Origin: Octopus bimaculoides
Lineage: Eukaryota
DNA length: 35,091 nucleotides
Assembly (NCBI RefSeq): GCF_001194135.2
Contig: NC_068987.1
Coordinates: 83,106,158 to 83,141,248 of the forward strand
Direction of reading: 5' to 3'
This document shows, in pieces, positions 11,873 to 23,442 of the stretch. The notes below the pieces were generated by a model. That model saw only the letters and a list, made by a program, of their open reading frames with translations. It was not told where the DNA came from and did no database searches. The position numbers and the translations under genes are program-made. The stretch's first letter is position 1, and each line of letters begins with the position of its first letter.

Positions 11873-12174
11873 GTTGGTTGACACTCCATCGGCTACGATG
11901 ATGAGGGTTCCAGTATTTCTCTGGGGGATTCAGCGTGGCACAAGTGTGACAAGGCTGGCCCTTTTAAATAAAGGTACAGCAGAAACAGGAAGAAAGAGTG
12001 AGAGAAAGTTGTGGTGAAAGAGTACAGCAGGGTTCGCCACAATCTCCTGCCGGAGCCTCGTGGAACTTTAGGTGTTTTCGCTCAATAAACACTCACAACG
12101 CCCGGTCTGGGAATCGAAACCGCGATCCTACGACCGTGAGTCCGCTGCCCTAACCACTGGGCCAGTGTGCCTCC
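11873..12174 (-). mobile_element. tRNA-derived SINE family C, internally deleted
   Basis: Reverse complement of GGAGGC(G)CA(A)TGGCCCAGTGGTTAGGGCAGCGGACTC...GGTTTCGATTCCCAGACC. Confidence 0.85.
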
Positions 12175-14095
12175 ACATTTCAGTTACTAACAAAGAACTA
12201 CATACCATATTCACAAACAAAATGCTACCACAACTGTATAAATAGCCTTTATTTTTTTTATCTATTGGTGAAACAGTAATAAAATATTTTGTGAGAATTG
12301 AAAGCACTGTAAAGTAGTAATCCATGAAGTAATGTTGATTTTTTTATTATTTTTTTTTATTCCCTTATGCAGCTAAGTGGAACAAGGAAGGGCAATGTTC
12401 ATGAGCTTTCTATAGAGCCTGTGACACTTGTGGGAAGAGGTTATCTACAGACCAGAAACCCTGACCAAATGCTTTCAATTGAGTGGACTATTCTAAAACC
12501 ATCTTTTCAGAAGGTGGTGAAGTTCTGCCTGAACTGGGCAGGAGATTTAGTCCACCATCCAAAAGCGAATAATGGTGCATCTAATGGGCTTCCATACAAT
12601 TTTCATCAACCAAATGTCACAGACTTTAGTCAAGCTGAGTTTTTGATAGGAAACACTTCTTAATGTGCTTGAAATGAAGTAGTTGAAAAGTGAACTTCTT
12701 GGCTACACTGCTTTAATCGTGTCCATTAGTTAAGTAAGGATGATACTGGAGATTATTAGTTTAGCTGTGGATGTCTTTAGAATTATTCTCTATGAATCAG
12801 AATAAAGGGGATTCAAGGAGAAATAAATTACAGAGCTTAAAGAGTCCATGTTCTTGGGAAGAAAGTAATGTAACCGTTTCAGAAACTTTTATATATTATT
12901 TTATATATATTTCCAGGAAAGTGAAGAAGTCAGAAAATGATTGATGAGTATTAAATTTAGCAACTTATTACATTCAATATTGCTATGGAAGAAGTAGTTT
13001 CTGGTTGCTGTTGACGAATGAAATGGGAATATGCGTACAAGCATGACTGTGCCATTAAGAAATTCTCTTCACAGCCATATGATTCTCAGTTCAATCCCAC
13101 CTTCACTCTGGTTTGACCAGGGTCTTGAGTGGAATTCAGTGGATTGCAACTATGCAGAACCTAATTGTATATGCACACACACACACTGGCATTTACACAT
13201 GTGCACACACATACACATGCCCATATGTGCATGCACACACACACACATGCATGCACACGCGTATGCACACACATCATCATTGTCATTTAACATTCGTCGT
13301 CCATGCTGGCATGGGTTGCACAGTTTGACCAGAACCGGAGAGCTGTGTCAGGTTCCAGCCTGATTTGGCTTTGTTTCTACAGCTGGATGCTCTTCCTGAT
13401 GCCAACCACTTTACAGTATTTGCTGGGTGCTTTTTTATGTGGACCAACACAGACTGGCATGGCTGCCTTTTATGTAGATTGGCACTGGTGCTTTTTATAG
13501 TTGTATTTTACAGATTTAATGGTTTAGCAAGGAATCTCAAGTTTCACTAATTTTTCAACTCATCTGAAACAAAGTATTTTGAATTTGTAAATACATTTGA
13601 ATTAGTCAAAATATTTTTGTGTGAATCAACTATTTAGAATGAATCTGATTCATTAGTGAAACCAATTTTTCTATGGTGTGTGGAATCAAAGAATTAGAGA
13701 CAGACAGAGTAATTAAATTACCTCATTTCATCTTAAGTAATCACCATTATATAAAACTGCTTTATAATCAATATTTAAAAAAGTGTGTACATACATGCTT
13801 GTATAATAAGTATGTATGTAAAAATATATATAAACAAATGGAAGCTGAATGACTAATACATAGTAGATAGGTACCTAATTAAGCCAAATAAATGTAATAC
13901 ATGAAAGATGTATTTGTAGATGTACTCTTAAGCAAGGGCAAACAAATGTACCAAAGTCTGATGAAGGTTAAGCAGGCCAAAACGGTGAAGTCAGTGTCAA
14001 TACTTTTCTTGTTAAAGAATAATAGAGATATACTCCACAGAAAGTATTGAGTCATCCTTGAGTTTGATGCAGAATTTTTTAATTTTTTATTGTAA

Positions 14096-14232
14096 GGTGC
14101 AGGAGTGGGTGCGTGGTAAGTAGCTTGCTTACCATCCACATGGTTCCGGGTTCAGTCCCACTGCATGGCACTTTGGGCCGACCAAAGCCTTGTGAGTGGA
14201 TTTGGTAGACGGAAACTGAAAGAAGCTCGGCG

Positions 14233-14275
<43 letters not shown>

Positions 14276-14508
14276 TTGTGTGCCTGTGTTTGTCCCCCCA
14301 ACATCGCTTGACAACCGATGCTGGTGTGTTTACATCCCCGTAACTTAGCGGTTTGGCAAAAGTGACCAATAGAATAAGTACTAGGCTTACAAAGAATAAG
14401 TACTAGGGTTACAAAGAATAAGTCCTGGGGTTGATTTGCTCGACTAAAGGCAGTGCTCCAGCATGGCCACAGTCAAATGACTGAAATTAGTAAAAGAGTA
14501 AAAGAATA
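14096..14508 (+). mobile_element. SINE family A, full length, with a small deletion and a 22-bp internal duplication
   Basis: Consensus match; AGTACTAGG(C/G)TTACAAAGAATA occurs twice at about 14378-14420. Confidence 0.9.
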
Positions 14509-14556
14509 TAACAGAATAAACATTTATATCCATCCATCCATCCATCTATCTATCTA

Positions 14557-14588
<32 letters not shown>

Positions 14589-14773
14589 CTTTCTAGCTAG
14601 CTTTGTGTGTGTGTGTAATGTATTATGAAGCAACCGTTACCCCTCGGTGTGGTTGGTGTTAGGAAGGGCATCCAGCTGTAGAAACCATACCAAATCAGAC
14701 TGGAGTCTGGTGCAACCTCTCCACTTACCAGCCCTGGTCAAACCATCCAACCCATGCCAGCATGGACAACAAA

Positions 14774-15163
14774 TACTCTTTTACTCTTTTGTTTCAGTCA
14801 TTTGACTGCGCCCATGCTGGAGCACCGCCTTTAGTCGAGCAAATCAACCCCAGGACTTATTCTTTGTAAGCCTAGTACTTATTCTGTTGGTCCCTTTTGC
14901 CAAACTACTAAGTGACAGGGACGTAAACACACCACCATCGGTTGTCAAGCGATGTTAGTGGGACAAACACAGACACAAACCTATACACACACATATATAT
15001 ATATATATATACGACAGTTTCCATCTACCAAATCCACTCACAAGGCTTTGGTTGGCTCGAGGCTATAGTAGAAGACACTTGCCCAAGGTGCCACGCAGTG
15101 GGACTGAACCCGGAACCATGTGGTTGGTAAGCAAACTACTTACCACACAGCCACACCTGCGCC
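14774..15163 (-). mobile_element. SINE family A, full length
   Basis: Reverse complement of the consensus; inserted at the 3' end of a family D copy (14640-14773). Confidence 0.9.
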
Positions 15164-15649
15164 AAAATGTTAAACGTTGATGATGATTGATGAGTTATCA
15201 TCCACTTTTTCCATACTTGTATGAGTCAGACATTTTGGTAAGAATTTGTGATGTATACGTACATTAATAGTGGGTGAAAAAAAACAATGAAATGGTTAAA
15301 AAAATGGTTAGAAAGTCACAGAAGAAGGAGATGAAAGATAATGTAAAAAAAAAAACAAAATAGAAGAAAATTCATGTGCATTGTTTGACTGCTTTGTTAC
15401 TTTGGTAACTCTGTATGTGTGTATGTAGCTCACCCTTTCTCTGCGTCCCATTCTGTTCCTTTCCATAGAACTGCACTTCCACCTGTCCCCTAAATGCTTC
15501 TGTATTTGTATATTTATTTTTTTTCCAGCTATCTTTTCTCTATCTTTTCTTTTTTTTTTTCTTTTCTGTCTTTCTTTTGCTGAAGCATTAACATCTGAAA
15601 CACCAAGACACTTGACTCTCTTTTTGACCATCTGTAAAAGCTTGAGCCC

Positions 15650-15692
<43 letters not shown>

Positions 15693-15798
15693 TAATATTT
15701 AGTTTAGCTTAAGGNNNNNNNNNNNNNNNNNNNNNNNNNNNNNNNNNNNNNNNNNNNNNNNNNNNNNNNNNNNNNNNNNNNNNNNNNNNNNNNNTTAA

Positions 15799-16014
15799 GG
15801 CAGCGAGCTGGCAGAATCGTTAGCACTCCGGGCGAAATGCTTAGCGGTATTTCGTCAGCCGCTGCGTTCTGAGTTCAAATTCCCCCAAAGTCAACTTTGC
15901 CTTTCATCCTTTCAGGGTCGATAAATTAAGTACCAGTTGCATACTGGGTCGATCTAATCGACTGGCCCCCTCCCCAAAAATTTCGGGCCTTGTGCCAAGA
16001 GAAGAAAAGAATAT
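15799..16014 (+). mobile_element. SINE family B, full length
   Basis: GGCAGCGAGCTGGCAGAATCG head, CORE-like middle, tail CCCTCCCCAAAAATTTCGGGCCTTGTGCC. Confidence 0.9.
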
Positions 16015-16073
16015 TTGGTTTAAATGTCTCTACTTTTCCATTGTCACATATCTTTTTTTTTTTTTTTATGTAG

Positions 16074-16199
16074 ATATCAACCAGCGATATTTTGTTGACA
16101 GCGGTGGCCTTGTTCTTGTGGTCAACTTGTTCACTGAATCTTCTGAAAATACAGAACTACAGTCTGCTTTAAAGTATGTCCTACAGATTTGTGTCCCAG
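16074..16199 (+). CDS. TERB1: TERB1 last ARM-repeat exon (phase 1-1, 126 nt)
   Basis: Poly-T...TAG|AT acceptor; CAG|GTAAAA donor. INQRYFVDSGGLVLVVNLFTESSENTELQSALKYVLQICVP resembles human ENQYDLFKNNGLPLMIQALTESQNEELNKAATFVLHNC. Lies inside ORF 15992-16243. Confidence 0.9.
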
Positions 16200-16298
16200 G
16201 TAAAAATGATTTTTTCATTATATATCAATATCTAAGGTGGTGAGCTGGCAGAATTGTTAACATGCTGGATGGAATGTGTAACGATATTTCACCCATTG

Positions 16299-16815
16299 AA
16301 ATAGTCTAATAGGTGTAAAACAACTTGCTGGGAACAAATATGAAGGAAAAAATGCGCGCTCGCGAACAGGGTGGGTGGGGAGAGTGCTCAGAACATTCAC
16401 GTCGTCACACATCACACACACTCACAGACACAGACACACACACACACATTCGTTCCCAGCAAGTTGTTTTACACCTATTAGACTATTTTTTAAAAAATTT
16501 TGTCACCGGGTCAAACACTATAATTCAGAGGCCATGGAATGACGATATGTGACGATGTGAATGTTCCGAGTCCTCTCCCCACCCCACCTTTCGCGGGAGC
16601 GCATTTTTTTTTTCATATTCGTTCAGAGCAAGTCATTTTACATCTATTACACTATTTTTCTTTTGTTTCTTGGCTCCGGTGAGGCATCTCGGAACATTCA
16701 AGATGCGAATGTTCCGAGGCCTCTCCCCCACTCCACCCCACCCCGTTCGCGAGCGCGCTTTTTTTCCTTCATATTCGTTTGCAGTAAGTTGTTTTACACC
16801 TATTAGAATATTTTA
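16299..16815. repeat. Foldback-like element built from inverted copies of a ~110-bp unit
   Basis: Perfect 37-bp inverted repeat at 16299-16335 and 16452-16488; units at ~16550-16660 and ~16705-16813 are reverse complements of 16299-16405; perfect 12-bp hairpin at 16688-16718. Confidence 0.8.
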
Positions 16816-17315
16816 TTTTTCTATTTCCCCCTGGGTCAAACTAAAGAGTTTGACCGAGATTCCCATCGAGTTAGACGTTCTTGGTTTCGGAAACGTGTTG
16901 CAAGGGAAATAACTCCATTTTAAAAATAACTTTTATGTAGTGTTCTGTCCCTTGTTAACGCATAAAACTGCATAAATTTAATAGTAGTTAATGTTTAATA
17001 AAACTCGAGACAAAAATACAGTTTTTACGATAAGATTATATCATTCACCATCAAAATAAAAGTTGACTTATTCTATTTTGATTTTCTATTTAAAAATTTT
17101 TAATAGTACATAACAATTAGAGCATGAAAGACACATTGACTATTCAGAAATACTCAAAAACTGTTAATATCACTTAAACATTTCTTATTATTTGGTATCA
17201 AAATTATCATTGCTCCTATTGTAAAACCAGATTACTGACATGGTTCTGTTGCAACTGGTTTGAGGCGAGGCTGTTTGTCAGTATATGTGGGTTTCAGGGT
17301 TATTAATATAGTAGA

Positions 17316-17675
17316 GGAGGCGCAATGGCCCAGTAGTTAGGGCAGAGGACTCGCGATCACAGGATCACGGTTTCGATTGCCAGACCGGGTGTTGTGAGTG
17401 TTTATTAAGCGAAAACACCTAAAGCTTCACGAGGCTCTGGCAGGGGATGGTGGCGAACCCTGCTGTACTCTTTCACCACAACTTTCTCTCACTCTTATTT
17501 CCAGTTTCTGTTGTGCCTGTATTTCAAAGGGCCAGCCTTGTCACACTGTGTCACACTGTGTCACACTGAATATCCCCGAGAACTACGTTAAGGGTACACG
17601 TGTCTGTGGAGTGCTCAGCCACTTGCACGTTAATTTCATGAGCAGGCTGTTCCGTTGATCGGATCAACTGGAACC
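17316..17675 (+). mobile_element. SINE family C, near full length
   Basis: tRNA-like head with A/B boxes; highly similar to 21449-21800. Confidence 0.9.
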
Positions 17676-17776
17676 TTGTGGTTTAGAAGCAAACTTCTTA
17701 CTACACAGGCATGGACTGTATTTCAGTATCATTTCTCAGTTGCATTTATGACTATTTTATACGTTACCATTTTAAA

Positions 17777-17919
17777 CTACTCCTCTATGTATCACTTGGT
17801 CTGCTGGAAATAGCAACTAAATATCCTTCAACTCACATCATCTTGAATATGACACACTACTCCTCTATGTACCACTTGGTCTGCTGGAAATAGCAGCTAT
17901 ATCTCCTTCAACTCACAAT
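17777..17919. repeat. Tandem duplication of a ~70-bp unit
   Basis: ACTACTCCTCTATGTA(T/C)CACTTGGTCTGCTGGAAATAGCA...TCCTTCAACTCACA occurs twice. Confidence 0.85.
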
Positions 17920-19063
17920 CCATCATCTTAAATAAGCAAAAGACACATTAAATAATGTACTCTGGCAGACTTCTAAAAAGAAAGGGTAGTCACTATTTTG
18001 ATCATAGGCTTGCTATTGATAATTCGAAGTTAAACAATCACAGTTATTTATGTTGTAAATTGAAAGAACTGTCTTAGTTTGTTTAGATTTATAACTATGG
18101 TATGGTATGGCAATTACTACAGTAAATTTTATAGTTTTTTTTTTGTATGTACCTCGTTCAGTTGCATATGATGATGATGATGGTGGACTCTCTTGTCACT
18201 TTGATGAATGGGAGTTCAGCGAGGCACAGCCGTCTGGTGTTCCTAGTTCAGTTCTTTGTCATGTCCTTAGGAGGGTACAAAATGTCTCAGACCAGCAGTA
18301 AGTGACCATCACACTGTGGCTTCCTGTGTGCAGGGTCCATGCTGAACACTTCTAGTAGCATCCTCTACCTGCCCCCATTGCCTCGTTCCTTGTAACCACT
18401 GAACTTACAAACCCAGTGTGATGGTGTTGGTGCTAGTGTCTTGCTTTGCTGAACAACATGTACAATGAATATTATCGTAGTGGGCATGGTTTTATGCAGA
18501 GCCAGTCCCAATTCCTTATCCTTCAAATCTGTATTAGTCTGGTGCAACAAATGCAACAAGTCCATTAGTTATCAAGATTCAAGTTTTGTATAGAGTTACC
18601 TTCTCTTAGACAAGCAGCTGAAGAGCTGAATAGCCTCATCCGCCCTGGGTCCATCGAGGTGTCGGTGAGTGACCATCTTTCAGAGATAGTTCTATGACAT
18701 GCTAATTAACCCAAAGCTGGGACCTTCACAGGTAATACTACTTCAGGTCTGAATAGATCTGGAAACAATAGTGGCTAAGAAGTGCTTCCTCATTCTCCAA
18801 AACCCTTAAGCTCCTGAACTAAGGCCCCTCTATCAGATCTTATCAACCTTTCCATTAATCTGTAGCAGGCTCAGATTATTGGTGGGCAACCAGCTATAAT
18901 GGAAACTGCACCAATAAAAGATAGATACATATTAATTTTTCATATGCAAAGCAATTAAGCCTGATTGCTGTCTAAACTACTATGTAATTTTTATAGTTTT
19001 AATAATCTCATACATATGTTTTTCTTTTTTCTTTCCTTTTTTTTTTTCTTTTTTTTACACAAG

Positions 19064-19121
19064 ATGGTTCCAATCATCTTAATAGCGCAGAAAACAGTGT
19101 GACTAACAGCCAAATGACTGA
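19064..19121 (+). CDS. TERB1: Probable short TERB1 linker exon (phase 1-2, 58 nt)
   Basis: Very long polypyrimidine tract then CAAG|AT; TGA|GTATGT donor. Open frame DGSNHLNSAENSVTNSQMT(E/D) is compatible with the upstream phase-1 donor. No recognisable homology, and a further phase 2-0 exon is needed. Confidence 0.5.
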
Positions 19122-19649
19122 GTATGTATTTCTTCAGTTTCATACTTTTTTATTGTTAGAAATGATATTTTATTCTGAAGTAGGATTATAATTTCAGTAG
19201 CTGCACGAAATTAAGTGCTCTTTCTGCCACTTCACTCTGTAGAACATTTAGATGTGACAGCTGAATTGAGAGAGAGACAGAAAAAGACTGAGAAAGAGGG
19301 AGGGAGAGAGAGAGGTGGAGGCAGAAGCACCAGCAATTGGTTGACAGCCATATCAGTTTATTTGGCTATAGCAACATGAAATAAAGTGGATTTTTGAAGG
19401 ACATAACATGCCACCTGGTCTATCACTTAACCTAAAGATCATGAGGCCAACATATTAACCACAAGGGCATGTCTTTCACACACACATGCACACGCATGGA
19501 TATAACATGCATACATCATCGTCATTGTATTAACGTCTATTTTTCCTTGCTTGCATGGGTTGAATGGAGTTTATTAAGGCACATTTTCTGCAGCCAGATG
19601 TCCTTCCTGTTGCCAATCCCCATCTGTTTTTTTTCAAACAACTCCTGTA

Positions 19650-20651
19650 CCTGTGGTATGTAAAAAGCACCCACTACACTCTCGGAGTGGCTGGCGTTAG
19701 GAAGGGCATCCAGCTGTAGAAACTCTGCCAGATCAGATTGGAGCCTGGTGCAGCTGCTAGCTCACCAGACCTCAGTCAAACCGTCCAACCCATGCCAGCA
19801 TCGAAAACGGACGTTAAACGATGATGATGGTGATGATGTAAGATTCCCCCATGGCCAGTAATGCTTTTGTAGAATACTGGAAATGAATGCTGTTCATTTA
19901 CAATAATCACATGATGTCAAGACAAGGGAACTCTAAAACACACACACACTTCATCATCATCATCAACAACAGCATTTAACATCCATGTTTCATGCTGGTA
20001 TGGAATGGATGGTTTGAGCGGATCCAATGTGTCCAAGGACTGAGGAATGCTCCAATGTCTGCTTTGGTGTGGTTTTTACATGCTGGATGCCTTTCCTGAT
20101 GTCAACAATTTTATAGCATGGACTGGGTGATTTTCTTCATTCCATCTGCACTATTGAGGTTGCCAACTTTCACTTACTGCATCCTTGTACATAGCTTGAA
20201 CCACTTACACAAGCCATTTACCTACACCTAGTTTCTTCAGAACCTACCAAAATGCTGCACACAGTACCTTGTCAAATGTTTTCTCCAAGTCAACAAGAGC
20301 CAGAAATAGCTGTTTATTCTTAGCCAGCGTCACCTTTCTGGCACTTGTGCCGGTGGCACATTAGAAAACATTCGAGCGAGATCATTGCCAGTGCTGCTGG
20401 ACTGGCTCCTGTGCAGGTGGCACGTAAAAAACACCATTTTGAGCGTGGCCGTTGCCAGTACCGCCTAACTGGCCTTTGTGCCTGTGGCACGTAAAAGCAC
20501 CCACTACACTCTCGGAGTGGTTGGCATTAGGAAGGGCATCCAGCAGTAGAAACTCTGCCAAATCAGATTGGAGGCTGGTGTAGCCATCTGGTTCACCAGT
20601 CCTCAGTCAAATCGTCCAACCCATGCTAGCATGGAAAGCAGACATTAAACG
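19650..20651. mobile_element. Cluster of family D copies (+ ~19650-19840, - ~19960-20150, + ~20330-20651)
   Basis: Shared CTCGGAGTGGTTGGC.TTAGGAAGGGCATCCAGC...GGACGTTAAACGATG tail. Confidence 0.8.
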
Positions 20652-21448
20652 NNNNNNNNNNNNNNNNNNNNNNNNNNNNNNNNNNNNNNNNNNNNNNNNN
20701 NNNNNNNNNNNNNNNNNNNNNNNNNNNNNNNNNNNNNNNNNNNNNNNNNNNNNNNNNNNNNNNNNNNNNNNNNNNNNNNNNNNNNNNNNNNNNNNNNNNN
20801 NNNNNNNNNNNNNNNNNNNNNNNNNNNNNNNNNNNNNNNNNNNNNNNNNNNNNNNNNNNNNNNNNNNNNNNNNNNNNNNNNNNNNNNNNNNNNNNNNNNN
20901 NNNNNNNNNNNNNNNNNNNNNNNNNNNNNNNNNNNNNNNNNNNNNNNNNNNNNNNNNNNNNNNNNNNNNNNNNNNNNNNNNNNNNNNNNNNNNNNNNNNN
21001 NNNNNNNNNNNNNNNNNNNNNNNNNNNNNNNNNNNNNNNNNNNNNNNNNNNNNNNNNNNNNNNNNNNNNNNNNNNNNNNNNNNNNNNNNNNNNNNNNNNN
21101 NNNNNNNNNNNNNNNNNNNNNNNNNNNNNNNNNNNNNNNNNNNNNNNNNNNNNNNNNNNNNNNNNNNNNNNNNNNNNNNNNNNNNNNNNNNNNNNNNNNN
21201 NNNNNNNNNNNNNNNNNNNNNNNNNNNNNNNNNNNNNNNNNNNNNNNNNNNNNNNNNNNNNNNNNNNNNNNNNNNNNNNNNNNNNNNNNNNNNNNNNNNN
21301 NNNNNNNNNNNNNNNNNNNNNNNNNNNNNNNNNNNNNNNNNNNNNNNNNNNNNNNNNNNNNNNNNNNNNNNNNNNNNNNNNNNNNNNNNNNNNNNNNNNN
21401 NNNNNNNNNNNNNNNNNNNNNNNNNNNNNNNNNNNNNNNNNNNNNNNN

Positions 21449-21800
21449 GCAGCGGACTCACGGTCATAGGATCGCGGTTTCGATTCCCAGACCGGGCGTT
21501 GTGAGTGTTTATTGAGCGAAAACACCTAAAGCTCCACAAGGCTCCGGCAGGGGATGGTGGCAAACCCTGCTGTACTCTTTCACCACTACTTTCTCTCACT
21601 CTTACTTCCTGTTTCTGTTGTGCCTGTAATTCAAAAGGGTCAGCCTTGTCACACTGTGTCACGCTGAATATCCCCGAGAACTACGTTAAGGGTACACGTG
21701 TCTGTGGAGTGCTCAGCCACTTGCACGTTAATTTCATGAGCAGGCTGTTCCATTGATCAACTGGAACCCTCGACGTCGTAAGCGACGGAGTGCCAACAAC
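21449..21800 (+). mobile_element. SINE family C; 5' end lies in the gap
   Basis: High identity to the 17316 copy. Confidence 0.9.
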
Positions 21801-22134
21801 CTTTTATCATTTGCTTGTTTAACTCATTGGACTGCAACCATGCTGGAGCATTGCCTCGAAGTGTTCGTTGAAATAACCATCCCCCTCACCAGTACAAATG
21901 TATCTTTTGTTATTTATTTTAAAATCTGATACGTATTTTTATTGGTCTCTTTTGCCAAACTGCTAAGTTATGGGGGTGTAAACAAATTAGTTCGGTTGTC
22001 AAACTGTTGAGGGTTGGGGGTGACAAACACACACCCAGACATGTGTGTTTGTGCCTCTCTTTGTCCCTTGGCAGCCAGTGTTAGTTTATTTAAGTCCCTG
22101 TGACTTAGCAGTCCAGAAAAAGAGATCGGTAGTA

Positions 22135-22539
22135 TTTTCTTTTATTCTTTTACATGTTTCAGTCATTTGACTGCAGCCATGCTGCAGCACTGCCTTCAGT
22201 CGAACGAACCAACATCAGGACTTATTCTTTGTAAGCCTAATACTTATTCTATCGGTCGCTTTTGCTGAACTGCTAAATTACAGGGACATAAAAACACTAA
22301 TATCAGTTGTCACGCGATGGTGCTGGGACAAATAGACACACACACACACACACACACATACATGTATCCAATGGGCTTCTTTCAGTTTCTGTCTAGCATA
22401 TCCCCTCACAAGGTTTTGGTTGGCCCTGGGCTATAGTAGATGACACTTGCCCAAGGGCCCAAGGTGCAACACAGTAGGACTGAACCTGGAACCATATGGT
22501 TGAGAAGCAAGCTTCTTACCACACAGCCACTCCTGTGCC
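22135..22539 (-). mobile_element. SINE family A, full length, diverged
   Basis: Reverse complement of the consensus. Confidence 0.85.
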
Positions 22540-22719
22540 TATGTCTAAGTATCAAAGTTAAAAATAAGCACTTGGGTCAATTTGTTCAAGTAAAAGCCAT
22601 TCAAGGCAGTGCCCCAGCATGGCCACAGTCCAGTAACTGAAACAAGTAAAAGATAAAGGTGTTCTCTTTCGTCTGGATTTGAGACAACAGGATTTGAAGG
22701 GTGCTCTACTAATTACATG

Positions 22720-23300
22720 CTGCATTAAATGGATATACCGTATTTTAATGTTGTTATATGGGAAAAGGTTCTCATTGAAGATGAAAGGAAGGGTCTATAG
22801 GAGTTATGTGAGGGCTACAATGCTGTATGAGAGTGAAATATGGTGTCTGAGGGAGAGAGAGATGGTAATTTTGAGAGGGACTGAGAGAGCAGTGGTGAGA
22901 GAAATGTGTGTGGTGAGGCTGTTTGATAAGAGGAGGACTGAGGACTTGATGGTGATACAGGGGTTGGAGGAATCAGTGGAATGGTTAGCAAGGGCGGATG
23001 GAGTGTGGTGGTATGGGCATGTGTTGAGGAGGGATGAGGAGCATGTTCTCAAGAGGATGCTATAGTCAGGTAAATGGAGCACAGAAGCGAGGTAGACCAA
23101 GGAAAAGGTGGAGGAGGAGATTGGGAGGGTTGGTTTGAAAAAGGAGGACGCCCAAAACTNNNNNNNNNNNNNNNNNNNNNNNNNNNNNNNNNNNNNNNNN
23201 NNNNNNNNNNNNNNNNNNNNNNNNNNNNNNNNNNNNNNNNNNNNGCTACCCCTGTTAATGGGGACAAAACCCGGATTTAAAACACTGGATGATGATGATA
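22720..23300 (+). mobile_element. 5'-truncated RTE-clade LINE 3' end
   Basis: ORF 22679-23065 reads KGRVYRSYVRATMLYESEIW...TERAVVREMC...WWYGHVLRRDEEHVLKRML, the typical C-terminal RTE ORF2. Ends in a (GAT)n tail at about 23288-23299. Confidence 0.85.
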
Positions 23301-23442
23301 AGGAACCCTTTTTTTGTCAAAAATTAGGTTAAAAAAATATGGGAGTTTCTTACACATAGTATAATCCCTTACAAAACTTTTTTTCCAAATTTTAAGCCAC
23401 CAAAATTAAGCGGTTCCTTCTACATGTTAAAATATGGTAGAT

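Noticed and set aside
12367-12663. 98-aa ORF behind a good-looking acceptor
   Set aside because: No TERB1 or other recognisable homology and no clear donor; probably a decayed repeat.
15584-15633. Phase 1-1 candidate for the missing ARM exon (ALTSETPRHLTLFLTI)
   Set aside because: Weak donor (TCT|GTAAAA) and no convincing similarity to the expected TERB1 segment.
15709-15800. TTAAGG on both sides of the 80-N gap as a TSD
   Set aside because: More likely a contig overlap at a SINE head than a real duplication.
17777-17919. Short direct repeats as a CRISPR-like array (also 5238-5351, 28105-28175)
   Set aside because: Eukaryotic context, no unique spacers, no cas genes; these are ordinary tandem duplications.
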